IMG/VR virus record: IMGVR_UViG_3300021387_000053
Strand: one strand, 5' to 3'
Length of the DNA stretch: 54,449 bases
DNA from: an uncultured virus (IMG/VR IMGVR_UViG_3300021387_000053)
Lineage: Duplodnaviria; Heunggongvirae; Uroviricota; Caudoviricetes
Positions 1 through 11,686 of the stretch are shown piece by piece. Under the pieces are notes generated by a model. The model was not told where the DNA came from and searched no databases. It saw only the letters and a program-made list of their open reading frames with translations. Every line of letters begins with the position of its first letter. Within the stretch, counting starts at the first letter, position 1. Position numbers and translations under genes: made by a program.

Positions 1-75
1 TTTTCAAGCGGTAACGTTAACTCCGCTTTCGTGGCTATCTCCCTCTAGCCCGTTTACCTCTTCCGTCACCACACA
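1..75 (-). ncRNA. second tRNA-like element, truncated by the window edge
   Basis: Begins TGTGTGG-TG-ACGGAAGAGGTAAACG and shares the 13-mer GGAAGAGGTAAAC (52-64) with the element at 265-277. Confidence 0.35.
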
Positions 76-179
76 ATTTGGTATTTGCCTTTACCCACGC
101 ATGAGTGTTTGCTGCTGCCGATACCTCGACGGAAGTGGTTTTCATCCTTCCTGCTCTCCGAAGAAAGCAGCCGTTATTC

Positions 180-288
180 TTATGCGGATCAGGATTTGCA
201 CCTGATAGGAGACGGAATCTCAAGTCCCCGTCGGTAACCCGCCATCTCAACTGTTTCTGTTTTTGTTTACCTCTTCCAACACCGCATA
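180..288 (-). ncRNA. tRNA-like element with an expanded central region
   Basis: Minus strand: terminal stem TATGCGG/CCGCATA, class-II-like D arm TG-TTGG-AAGAGGTAAA-CAA, T arm ATCAGG-TGCAAAT-CCTGAT. The roughly 55-nt middle is not a canonical anticodon arm. Confidence 0.5.
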
Positions 289-303
289 TATTTATCTATC
301 CGT

Positions 304-1540
304 TCAGGAATATTCTGTCAGAGTTTTTCTAAGCAAATACATGCACAAGTAATGAGCTTGCTCAATCTCTTCTCGTTCCTGATCCGTCATCATTGACTGC
401 CATCGTGCGTACCTCTCGCACTTCAGAACCTCAAGCGCATCTTCTAATTGTTGTCTAGTTGGCGTTTCGCCGTATACGTATTTCTCTTCGAAGATCAACA
501 TTGCACAATTTCGAAATGTGTACTGTAATGTGAACCGCACATCTCGCATGTCCCTTCTCCATATTCCAACTTCAATGGGTGACCGCAGTTCTTACATTTG
601 ATTTCCTTGACTTCAACAATACTGGCTTGCAATGCATAAATCTTATCGCCAACTTTTATCGTACTGATAAAGTCATCAACGTACTTTTCGCCTTCCGGCG
701 TTTTAATATACGGCATTAAGCTCTACCTCTTTTTGCAATGTTTTGTACCATATTTCCAAAGCTTTATCTGCTTCGTCGTTGATACGCTGCTCACTGATGT
801 CGAGACTGCCACCCCATGTTGCCCTGATAATATTGTCGATGCACCAGTCAGTGAGCCTGATCATAACGCAAAGGTTTTCATACCGCTTTGAGTTCTCATT
901 GTGGTCGCAGTCTTCATCTGGTTCGACCTCGCCAACTACATTGCTCACAAGTTTAATTACTTCCTGAGCGGTAAGTTTATCTCTTGTCATGCGGATTCTC
1001 CTCATCGAATGCCAAGCAAATAATCCAGTATCCCAGACCCAGAAGGATTCCCATGATCGCAGTTGCCACATAAGGGTTCTCCTGTATTACTCTCACAAGC
1101 TCCATTGTCCTCACCATCCTTCTTTATGTAAGCGAGGATTGCCATTGTTTCATCTTGAGAGCCAGCCACACGCTTGAGAGAAACGATCTCATATATATTG
1201 TTTTGAGTATCCAAGCAAATAACGGGAACATTTCCTCGTACATCCGTAAGACCTTTGATCATGTTTAATTTATTCATTGTCCTCACACCCTCATGTACCC
1301 AGTCTCTCTTCGCAACGTGTTCGCTGCCTGTCGCATCAGATTACTCATACAAGATCTGCCATCCGCTTTACCTTCTGCGGAATAACGACATTCTCTGCAA
1401 TCCCGTTCATCGTTTTTACCAGAGCAAATCTCCAACATCTCAATCAGATCTCTTGTGTCCATCTCTTTACCTCACTCTTCGAAGAAAGGACTGGGTATGT
1501 AGTACACACTGATGCAAGCCAGTCCAAAGATTAACGTAAC
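304..1540 (-). other. cluster of small hypothetical phage genes (e.g. 495-716 with a double CxxC Zn ribbon)
   Basis: Tightly packed or overlapping ORFs with RBSs; CKNC...CEMC motif in 495-716. Confidence 0.6.
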
Positions 1541-1564
1541 AATACACAATGTCTCAATCATCTG

Positions 1565-1900
1565 TTATATCGTTTCCCTCATCTTTGCACCGCATCCTGG
1601 GCAGTGATCGAACTCCAGTTCTTTCTCAAAGTTCTTTCCGTGCCATCCACATTTACTGCACTCGTAATGTCCGTGGAATTCAGGGGGCATCATCCCTTCC
1701 ATCTTTACCCAACAGGCTTTCTTAATCCCAAGGATTTCATCCGTCATATCACCTTCAACAACAAATTCAGTGTCGGGATTAGTGACATAAATATTGGTAT
1801 TGTCATATTGCGGGTTATAGAAAAAGTACAAGATTTGATCCGTATTAATCTACGTAGGAGTACTCTGATTCCTCTCTTTAACCTGAATAAACCTAGGCAT
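1565..1900 (-). CDS. hypothetical protein with C-terminal Zn ribbon; one in-frame TAG (1850-1852)
   Basis: ATG at 1900 overlaps the upstream TAA. Reads MPRFIQVKERNQSTPT*INTDQILYFF...CSKCG...CPGCGAKM. Confidence 0.75.
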
Positions 1901-4900
1901 TATTTGTCCACCTTCTTTACAATGTCTGCTATTTCATTAAGTGCGGTTCTCTGTGACCGAATAATATTTACTGCCCGGTCAACAGTAAGCATTCTTCGTT
2001 CCGCTTCCTTATTTCTATCTTTGGCATAAATGTCGAAAAAATAATCAGCGATTCCTTCAAGCTCTGCGATTGTCTTACTAACATCAGTCATCGTGTTCTT
2101 CACCCGGTTTCTTAGTCGTAAGATATTCAACACTAATTGAATCGATAGGAAATTTATGATTGACTGCAAAGTGTGAAACAGCACCGCAGTCCTTGCAGAA
2201 TAAGTCACATGGTCGAAATCAGAACCAGAGTGTGAAACTCCACGCTTCATTCGTCCATTACACCAGAAGCATTGTATATCCAGAGGAATATAAGTTTTAC
2301 TCATACTACTTCACCGCCCGTCCCGCTCATCAATCAGCAATCTTCCGCTGCAAATGTACGGCTTGATTTCACTGCATCGCATACAATACAATTTACAATA
2401 TCCATATCCGTGGCTCATTCCAATTGCGTGATAATTCTTCGGCGTGTAATAATCGCTCCATTTTCTACGCTCGTAACATTTGCATTTCTCGCAATAGCTG
2501 ACTTTCATTCCCATTTCACCGCCTGCCCACATACGCAACAGTACTTCTGATAATCAAGCTGTATATTCAGCCCAGGCTTATAATTCAGAAGATACTGTTT
2601 ACAGCTACCGCAGTAGTATTCTGTCCATCCATCCATATCCAGTCTTGTTATCGGCTGAAGAGGTATGTATCTGTTCAGCAAAGAGACAGTCTCTGATAAA
2701 AGTTCCATTGTTTCTACTGATCCACGAAGCTCTTGCAATCCACTTATAACTTCTTTAACATCGCTCATACGACTTCGCCTTTCAACTTTGCTTTCTTGTA
2801 CAATCTATCTCTCAGCGTCATGTACTCGTGGTCAGTAAGATCAAAACCTTTCCACAGAGTGGTTAACATATCCATCTTCTCGTCGTAGGTAAGTCTTTCT
2901 TCTGGCGGCTCTTCAAGGAATTCCAGAATATCCTCTAACAGATGACCGATACATCTGCCTTCCTTATAAGTACCAGTCTTTTTCGCATTCTCTTCTGAGT
3001 ACGGGCATGAGGAACAATCGCCTTTCAAGTCAGCCTTTATTCCGTATATAATCGTTTCTCTATCAGTCATTCCAAGTCACCGCCTGTCCACATTGATCGC
3101 AATACTTTTGCTTCTCATAGAAAAAACATTTATGACACTTTGGACACCTGTAAAGACGGTCGATTTCGTTCATCACTTCTACTTCCGGCTCAACCGCTTC
3201 CTGCTCTTTCAGCAGTTCCATCGCGCTTCTCTTTAGAACGTCGAGGCAATCATCCATTCCATTATATGGGCAAGAAATGCAACTCACTCTGCCGCCGCAA
3301 CATTCGAGACCCTTCAAAACCTTCTGCTTGTCAGCCATCCTGCTTCTCCTTCCCACGAGCGCAGTACCAATCCGCATCGTGCCATACCCAAACCAAGAAT
3401 CCGTCATCGCCTTTGCAGTATCTACAATGGTTACCGTCGATTGTCATTGTTGCGTATTTGCATTCTTTGCAGTGCACGATCTCTGGCTGTTGCTTAATCA
3501 AATTAATAGCTTCCTTAATCGCTATCCCGTCATCGAGACTCATAACGAACGGCTCTTCGCCAACCGTATGTACGGCGTGTCTTGATATCTGTTCAAGCCT
3601 ACGGATAATCTCAGCTTTATCCATCCTGGGCTTTCCTTTCTCCGCTTCCGCAGAACCAATTGGGATCAACTTGTATCGGGATAATCCAACGAGCTTTCTC
3701 CATCAGTACAGCACAACAGTTCTCGTCGTTCTCTCCGTCAAAGAGATGCTTGCAATCTTTACAATGTACGATCTCAGGCTGTTTCTTCAGCAACTCCAAT
3801 GCGTCTCTGCACAGATCGTCGTTGCATTCTTCATCTTCGTAATACGAGCAGTTCTCACATTTCGATGGCGGGTATAAGCAAATCTCAAGACTGTTTATCA
3901 CATCTTCTTTACAGCGCATCTCACTCAACCTCTGATCATTTTCGTAGTGTCAGGTAAATGATCGTCACGGTATGCCTTGCGATGTATCCCAACAATCCAG
4001 TACCGTCTCATGTGACTTACCGATCCATTTGTCGATATAATCACACGCTTCACCTTTTGTAGTCCCGGAGAACAGGGGAAGGGGATACTCTGAAAACTCC
4101 CGCATATCATTAATGAGTTGCTGTTGTTTCTCAGTTATCGGATCATCACGCCAGTTTCTCATCGATCTTCTTCTCTTTCTCAAGGATCAGTTCTCTGAAC
4201 CAACGATAGACTGGACAGCCCTCGTCAGTTGGTTGGCAGTTGTAACATGCAGCGGTCTTCCCCGGACATCCGTCCTTAAGCCAGCACATCTCACTCATCT
4301 CCTCAATAAACGTAGGCGTATACTTCCTGAGCGCATCTGCCAAGCGGTTTCCTACTGAACCAACATCCTAAAACTTCTTCGTTGTCTTCGTTATAGGCGA
4401 ATCCACAATAGAACCAACCAGTTATCTTTCTAGCTTTTTCAAGCGGAAGCTTTTGCTTTTCGACGAACAACTTATCAGCTTCGATCTCACTGAACTTTGA
4501 CTTGGATACGATAAAGACGTTATCTTCTCCATTAGCTACACCGTAAACAAATTCATACTCAGTTGAACTCATCCCAATCAATCTCCTGACCACAATTGCT
4601 GCAGAACTTTTCATATCCCATACCTACACCTACTACCTTGCCGTTGATCACATAGCCTACGTGGTTGCCACACTTTGGACAGCGGCATCTGTAGTAGGAC
4701 AACCCGTATCCTTCGATCTGTACCAGATTAGGCTTTACTGGTTTCAGAGAATCCAGATACTCAATCATGTCGATTACGATTTGTCCGCTTATTTTATAGT
4801 CCGGGTTGACTTTAGCGTCGGATTCGTAACACGTAAGATTATTCCTGAGTTGTCTCTTATCCATCTTCGCTCCATCTTTTCTATCTGATGCTTAGTAAGA

Positions 4901-5100
4901 TATTTTTTACTTTGTATCATGTCGTATACACATTTCTTCCCAGCTTGGAATCCGTTCTCATATCCGATCCTATATCTTCGTTCGTACTCTTCTTTGTAAG
5001 CTTCTTCTTGCTTATCAAAGCTACGACTCCAACCCCAGAGATAACCAAGAGCAAGGGAAGTAAACACTCCAAGGCAAATCAGTCCATATATCCAGCCCAT
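1900..5100 (-). other. array of small paralogous Zn-ribbon / Cys-rich phage proteins
   Basis: Recurring modules KQQPEIVHCKECK / KKQPEIVHCKDCK, YRCPKC...KYCxxCGQ and CxxCPY in the ORFs at 2505, 2765, 3063, 3331, 3617 and 4559. Confidence 0.65.
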
Positions 5101-5101
5101 C

Positions 5102-5455
5102 TCAGAACACCCCGTTTACATGCGGATAAATCCTGTATGCGCCCTTCAACATTTTCGCTCCACAGTTTGGGCAGAACTTACTGCCCGACCACCGCATAAT
5201 ATTTTCAGGAGTAATATCTTCCCCGGTCGGCAGCCCATCGTTTCGACTACGGCAGACTGAACAAATCCACCCTGGAATACCCCAATCCATTCCGTCTGGA
5301 TCAAGAATCCATGTTCCTTCCTTCCGATCATAAAGTGTAACGGTCGGAGCGTCTGCGATAAGACTCGTCAGCTATTCGACAAATCTGGAATTGCTTTCTG
5401 TATTTGTCAGACAGAGTACATCCGCCATCAATTTGTCAGCATCAATTAATCTCAT
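5102..5455 (-). CDS. MRLIDAD-type phage Zn-ribbon protein; one in-frame TAG (5372-5374)
   Basis: Reads MRLIDADKLM...FVE*LTSLIADAPTV...GTWI...CSVC...FCPNCGAKM. The start overlaps the upstream stop (ATGA). Confidence 0.8.
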
Positions 5456-6550
5456 TTTTCTTCACCTTTTTTATTTATCCGTGCACCACATACGGCGCAG
5501 TATTTGGTTTCGATGCCCGGATACAGTAACTTTGTACAGTCTGGACAAACCCAGTCAACTTTGTGTCCTCTGTACATTGGAATCCACTGTATGGGTTCAG
5601 GCTCTTCCCGCTCCTTCAGAAATCTCAATATCGTCAACGCTTCGAAAGGAGAGAGAACAACGAAGTTCTTAGAAGTACCACGCCACATAGCACTTACTTG
5701 CTCTTCGAACTGCAAAATAAAGGCTTCTCGTTCCGTCACTTTAACTCATCCCATTTCCTGTATAACTTCTGGGCTTGCTTCCGGCTGATGTATCCAAGCT
5801 TAACCAGATTATCAACCGTCCTCTTCCTACCCTCGTCGAATCCGTTCCGATGACCTTCGTTGTACTGTCTCTGCTGTGCTTTGTAATAGTCAGTCATTTC
5901 TTCTTCGGCTCTCTTCCTGTATCCGAAGAACGAACCGAAGAGGGCAACACCAGCGAGGAACAGAAATACGGTAATGAAGGTCACGATATCTCTAATAATC
6001 TCAGTCATTCAAATCCTCATCCAGATCAAAATCCTCGTCCATTACATCAACTTCATCATCGCCATTACTACTGATGTACCAGTTTATACACAGCAGGATA
6101 ATGGCTACTATGACAAGGAAGATCTCTATCCAAGTATCGTTATTCATGCCGTTTCTCCTGATGTTCCTGTTTACCACAGCGGAGACACTCTCCATTGTGG
6201 TAAACGTGACCATGAATAGCTCCGCACTTGAAATGTTTAATTCCTCTGCAAAGCCATCCGTTATATCGGTCGTGCGTTACTTCGATCATTATGAACATGC
6301 TTGCTATGGTTGCGATCAGGATCAAAGCAACAACGATTTTTAATCCTGTGCTTACATTGACAATCATTCCTTAGTCCTTCGCTTCCTCACTGTAATTCTT
6401 TTCAATCTCATTTCTTGTGTTGTCGATCAGATCACACAAGTCGGCATACACACTCCAGTTATCTGGGCTGACAACAGGATGCAGAGTGATATCCGCAAAC
6501 ATTCTCATATCATCCAACCGTGTGAGGATAAAAGTTTTAAGACTCGTCGT
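5452..6550 (-). other. small hypothetical genes, several with a single transmembrane segment
   Basis: ORFs 5452-5739, 5736-6008, 6001-, 6140-6367 and 6371-; hydrophobic N-terminal stretches. Confidence 0.55.
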
Positions 6551-7031
6551 GTTCGTCATCGACTACCTCAATCTCATTTTTAAGCATCTCAACCGTATTC
6601 TGAATAGCCTGGTTGAGAACATCTTCCGGGAGTTTGATGGGGTAGATCGTACCCCCTCTTGCCATCCCCGCAGCGACACGGTCAAAGATCATTTCAAGTA
6701 CGTCGATCATATTTACGTTCTGCGGAACATTTTCGTCCAGATGATGACGTTCCATCTTGCAGTGTTTTCGATACCATGTACCCTTGTCAAACTTCAGCAT
6801 CCCATCAATTGCAGAACAAAGGTCACGATAGAACTCGCTGCGTTCAGGATCATAACGTTTTGTGTAGTCATGGGATTTATATTGATCTTTTGCGAGTTCC
6901 CAAAACCTGTTTGCGACTTTATTTACATCCCAATAATGCGATGTATTCGCTTCATTGAACTCGGTAATCGTAGGGATCGCTCTTGCTGTCCGGCTATCCC
7001 CCTCAGTATGTTTTACAATCTTTACTGCCAT
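6537..7031 (-). CDS. HD-like / DUF5662-like putative phosphohydrolase
   Basis: HDYTK, HCKMERHH and MIDVLEMIFDRVAA motifs. Confidence 0.55.
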   Translation of the reverse strand: MAVKIVKHTEGDSRTARAIPTITEFNEANTSHYWDVNKVANRFWELAKDQYKSHDYTKRYDPERSEFYRDLCSAIDGMLKFDKGTWYRKHCKMERHHLDENVPQNVNMIDVLEMIFDRVAAGMARGGTIYPIKLPEDVLNQAIQNTVEMLKNEIEVVDDEHDES

Positions 7032-7036
7032 AAAAA

Positions 7037-9874
7037 TTACTCCTTGTATAAAACCTTGAATATCTCACGAGTCTCAGGATTTTCATAAGCCTTCAACGTC
7101 AGGTCGAAAGATACTGATCTCTTTGTTGGGAGAGGAAAATGCTCTACCCCTGTAGGCCCTATCGCAGTAACTTCTCTAGTCTCACACTCATTGTTGAGGT
7201 TGAGCAATTCTGGTCTAGCCCAGACTGAGAAGTAATAGTATCCTTCGCCGACTCCTGTCTGTGTAACCATGCGGCTCGGTAACCTGAACACATACATCGT
7301 TGGATCTTTTTCTTCGAAATCAATCATTGTCAAATCAACAACTCTTGTTCCGCAGAACTGACACTTCAATCCGCTGACAGGAAGCGGACCCCCACAGTTG
7401 GGGCAGTTGGTTACTCGTCTGTTAGCCATCGCTCTGAAGCTCCCTAGCTTTTACTTTTGCAAACCGCACAATCATATCCATCGCAGCTTGAGTAAGTCCT
7501 GATGTGAATATTCTCAAGCCGACTGGATTCAGTTCGAAATCGTCTTCTTTCTCATTCCAGTCCAGAGTAGCTATTGAGTAGCAACTCTCATTAACCATCG
7601 TATCCTCAATCTTGTTGGTCTTGTCATTATAGGCAAACGTTTTATGCGGAGTACTGAAGCTTTGCCACTTCACAATATCGAAGTTCTTTATTCGGGTTTC
7701 CCGCTCTTTTCTTGGGAAGAAGTAGGTGAGGTCTCTGATTTGGAATCCATCGACTCTTTCTGTGTAATCCACTTAATCATCTCCTTTTTCATAGCGGATC
7801 TTTTCAACATCGCGGCATACTCTTTCATACCATCAATATGCTTGTCCGCAGCATCGGAAAAGAAGGAAGCAACTTTAATGAATACACCACTCAACTTCAG
7901 ATAAAAGGTCGATTTCCATTGATGGATTTGATATTTCAACTCGTGATACCAAGCGTAATTGTCATCCATAATTCTCTCCTTAAAGGTAGGTTGTCTCTTC
8001 GTCTACCTGATCGTCACTCGTAATCGTGATCGGAATCTCTGCGATGTCCGCCAGATTACAAGTCAGTTCATACTGCGTGTTAGGGGCAGCTCCATAGAAC
8101 GCATACAGTCCGCCGTGATAATCATCACAAACAACCTTATCTCCAGTGATCTTCCATGTGTTGTTGCCGGACTTGAATACTGCTCCGTCTCTCAGTTCGC
8201 CGATCTTAGCTCTCATACCGATGTGGCTGTAGCTCAGATCAACATCAGGGTAATCCGCAAGGAACTGTTTATACTTCTCAGGATATGTGTGAGCGAGAAC
8301 ATTGAACCAGACTTTCCGATGGTCTTGCCAACCTTTTACTGGAGCGGAATCAAAAATGGAAAAGGGAGCATATTTGTACAACCGATACAGAAGCTCGGAA
8401 GTAACATCTTCCCATTCAAGAACTGTAGTCAATCCACCAAACAGATTCGGACCCTTCCACCTTTTGTACTCCTCATCGTAGTAGATCCCGCAGTACATCG
8501 TACTCATCATCTTTGTTCCTACGGTTGCGATATAGTACCCAGTCGTAGGTTTCAAAGCATTAAAGGTATCCCGTTCCTTAATTGACTTAGCCCAGTCGGT
8601 GTACTTCATGGCTCTCTGTGAATAGCCGGGATAAGTTTCAATTTGACTATACGGACAGTCAGCTTTGAAGATTCCCGGAAGTCCAGCGCATATTCCCTTC
8701 TGATACAAAGAACATTCATCAGAGTGGGAGCAGTAAACCCGCTTCTCGTTCTGGACTTTGGTCTTCTCCCAACCACCGTAGATGTTGCAGTAAATCTCTT
8801 TACGTGTCTCCATCGGTCTTCACCTTCTCGTACAGTTCTTTAAGAGACTGAAGATATGAAAGTTGTGCTTCGCTTTCCGCTCCCCATGCCGTCCATTTAT
8901 CTTTGTACTTATCCCAGTAAATCAATGAATGCGGAGTAAACATCCACCGACTCATGTCATAACCAATCTCGTCTTCGAGAATTCTATATAGTGTACTCAA
9001 ATCTTCATCTGATATATCACGGACAATAATAATGCTTGTGTCGTTAATGTCGGCATAATTTGAAGGTTTCTTGTCTTCGCCCAGAAACGCAACATGGACA
9101 CGATTCAGGAAACTGCTGTTCTCGTGTTTTCTGGCTTCGTCCTCGTCCTCGAACTCCTGCCCGTCATCTGTAATGTAGATCGTTTTCTCGATCATATAAT
9201 CGCCCCCGGAACATGTCCTGTAATAACCCGCTGAACAGTAAGCCATGTCATTATTTGTTCAACTTCACGCCTGATACGCATCGCCTGTCTGTACTCAGTC
9301 GGTGACGAGTCAACCAGATCACGCAGCACATCCTGATAATGAGATGTATTACCGTATCCATCGTAGACTCTGATGAACCACTCTCCGTCACTGTAAATGC
9401 AGAAACAGAACACATGTCCCGGTGCACTCTTCAAGTCCTGTTCGTAGATATAAGCTTTCTCGCCCTTGTCATACCTGAAGTAGAAGTTATTCAGCAGAAC
9501 TTTTTTGGGCAGCCTACGAACTTTAATAGCGGAATTGTTTCCTCTTGCCGTGTAAGTGGTTACTGTCATTGCCCCGCTCCTTCTCTGGCTTTCTTTTCTG
9601 CCTTCTTTTCTCTAGCGAGTTGTAAGTTTCTGATACGATCTGCTCGTCCTTTATCGTCTACGGATACTTTCCTAGGGGGAGAAAGTTTGAACCAGGAAAC
9701 AGGAACTTCTGCACAAATACAGTGATCATTTGTTTCAGGGTTCTGAGTAATCCGCACAAGATCAGGATACTGTTCTGCAAGACTCCTGATCTTCTTGATC
9801 CAGCGGTTCTCATCAGAAGAGAAGTAAGCAACCTCTTTCGTCGTGTAATCGAATGTTGTTTCCATTCTCATCAC
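7037..9874 (-). other. seven hypothetical phage genes (7037-7429, 7422-7772, 7688-7969, 7980-8813, 8800-, 9192-9569, 9566-9874)
   Basis: Coupled ORFs with RBSs; no family recognised except an N-terminal Zn ribbon in 7037-7429. Confidence 0.6.
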
Positions 9875-10950
9875 CCCAAATAATTCTTAGTCAGAAGGTA
9901 GAACTGTGTGTAAGAACCGAAGTCGAACCAGTAACTTCCGCTGTCCATATCCGGCCCCATCATTCGGAGATAGGGGATAGTGTCTTCTCTTTTGCGGATA
10001 AGCTTACAGGCTTCGTCATCGTCTGCTACGTTTCCGGCGATCAGCAGATACTTATTGGGATCAGTCGGAAGCTCACCCATATATCCGCTGTATTTGTAGA
10101 GAGCGTAAGGAGTTTCTTTTACACCGGGAGAATTCTGCTTCCTCTTCTCATATTCCACGATGCGGTTCAGGATATAGAAGCAGTTCTGCAAGCACACCCC
10201 GTTGCCCCACATGCGATACTCCGCTGAATCAGAACCCTTGACTCCTTCTGTCCACCAGTCAGGGAATCCTTGAAGACGAGCACACTCCGTCGGGCTAAGA
10301 CGGCGAATAATATATTTACGATCCTTATTCTTATCGACGATCAGATCGGTATGATCTTTATAGTCCCGCTGTTTGAGAGTACTTGCTGTTCCGCTATTAC
10401 CGTACTCTCCAATCCGTTGCATATCATAGTATTCCATGTCTTCTTCTCCCTCTCTCACATGCATCACAAGCGGAACATTATTTCCACCAGTCCCCATCCT
10501 TGAGGAGAGGGTCTGGACTTTATCGTCTTCACAAATCTTTACTCTGCTGTCAGCGGGATGGTTTTCAACGGCATATGATTTCATCTCATCTGGACTCCTT
10601 TGTACAATCAACGCAGCGTCTCCGCCCTGTCCGTAGTGATATTTAGTAGTGAGGCTTGCGGAAGTTTCGGATTCTTCGTAGCCCGTACAGTTGCAGGATG
10701 TAGGGCGGTAGATCAGAACCAAAGGCCCATCTGCGCTCCCTTTCCTCAACTTATCAGTCAGCGTTGGGACTACGCCGTCTTCCGCAATACTGATTCTTCC
10801 GTCCATCGGGTGAGAATCAACAGGGTAACAAACTGCGTGTCGGTCAATCGTGTTCAGCGTGAACATCTCTCCGCTTTCAGAGTAGCCTGTGCCACGATGG
10901 GAAGGGCGTGAGCCGTTACCTTCAAGGATGATTACCTTCTTCTTCTCCAT
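9871..10950 (-). CDS. C5 DNA cytosine methyltransferase, C-terminal polypeptide (target-recognition repeats, motifs IX/X, extra C-terminal domain)
   Basis: IRRLSPTECARLQGFPD and YRMWGNGV; repeated TL/SL-type TRD segments; ATG at 10950 behind GAGGTGG. Confidence 0.85.
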   Translation of the reverse strand: MEKKKVIILEGNGSRPSHRGTGYSESGEMFTLNTIDRHAVCYPVDSHPMDGRISIAEDGVVPTLTDKLRKGSADGPLVLIYRPTSCNCTGYEESETSASLTTKYHYGQGGDAALIVQRSPDEMKSYAVENHPADSRVKICEDDKVQTLSSRMGTGGNNVPLVMHVREGEEDMEYYDMQRIGEYGNSGTASTLKQRDYKDHTDLIVDKNKDRKYIIRRLSPTECARLQGFPDWWTEGVKGSDSAEYRMWGNGVCLQNCFYILNRIVEYEKRKQNSPGVKETPYALYKYSGYMGELPTDPNKYLLIAGNVADDDEACKLIRKREDTIPYLRMMGPDMDSGSYWFDFGSYTQFYLLTKNYLG

Positions 10951-11356
10951 CGTTGACCACCTCTTCAAGTGCTTCTCGCAACATATCGGGAAGCGTTTTC
11001 CCACGTTCCCTCGACCGTCGGAGAATTCCCTGGCATGCTCTCTTGCTCAAACAGTAACGAGCAAGATTCGGCTGATCCGTCTGTAAGATTGATGAGAGCG
11101 TACACTCTACGTCTACGCTGGGGTGTTCCCCAGTATGCACTATTGACTGTCCGCCAAGCCACTGTGTACCCATCTCCCATGATGGCTCCCGCTGGTTGCC
11201 ACTTCCCTTTTTCAGGGAGAGGAATTGAAACTTCTCCGCCTTTGATCGAGCAGAAGTTTTCGAGAGCCGTGCGGAAGTCTTCGCCTTTGTTGGACGAGAA
11301 GAGTCCCGGCACGTTTTCGAAGCAGACATATTTTGGATACTCTCCATTGGTTGCAT
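10922..11356 (-). CDS. alternative-frame methyltransferase accessory polypeptide (M.EcoHK31I beta-like); true start uncertain
   Basis: TLSSILQ...YCLSKRACQGILRRSRERGKTLPDMLREALE, encoded in a different frame inside the MTase gene. Confidence 0.65.
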   Translation of the reverse strand: MQPMESIQNMSASKTCRDSSRPTKAKTSARLSKTSARSKAEKFQFLSLKKGSGNQREPSWEMGTQWLGGQSIVHTGEHPSVDVECTLSSILQTDQPNLARYCLSKRACQGILRRSRERGKTLPDMLREALEEVVNDGEEEGNHP

Positions 11357-11666
11357 CCCTCATTTCTTTTATGATGCGGATTGCTTCAAAGAAAAGACTG
11401 GAACGCTTTCCGTCCTGCAACCCCACCATCTTTCCGGCAGTGGAAATATCCTGACACGGACTCCCGAAACAGATGATATCCACTGGCTCAATCTGAGACC
11501 CGTCGATCTTGGTAATGTCTCCAAGGTGTTTCATATGCGGAAACCTTGCAGAGGTAACACTGATCGGATACGGTTCAATCTCCGAAGCCCAGACAGGCTC
11601 AATGCCGTTCATAGCCCCGGCAAGAGGAAATCCCCCTGATCCATCGAACAAACTTCCAAGCTTCAT
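10965..11666 (-). CDS. C5 DNA cytosine methyltransferase, N-terminal catalytic polypeptide (motifs I-VIII)
   Basis: SLFDGSGG, GSPCQD, ENVPG and QRRRRVY motifs; ends in TGA before the TRD. Confidence 0.9.
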   Translation of the reverse strand: MKLGSLFDGSGGFPLAGAMNGIEPVWASEIEPYPISVTSARFPHMKHLGDITKIDGSQIEPVDIICFGSPCQDISTAGKMVGLQDGKRSSLFFEAIRIIKEMRDATNGEYPKYVCFENVPGLFSSNKGEDFRTALENFCSIKGGEVSIPLPEKGKWQPAGAIMGDGYTVAWRTVNSAYWGTPQRRRRVYALINLTDGSAESCSLLFEQESMPGNSPTVEGTWENASRYVARST

Positions 11667-11686
11667 TTTCTTACTTCCTTTATTTA

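Noticed and set aside
35..250. 71-aa minus-strand ORF ending in TAG
   Set aside because: No RBS, and it overlaps tRNA-like stems and a UUCG hairpin; more likely non-coding.
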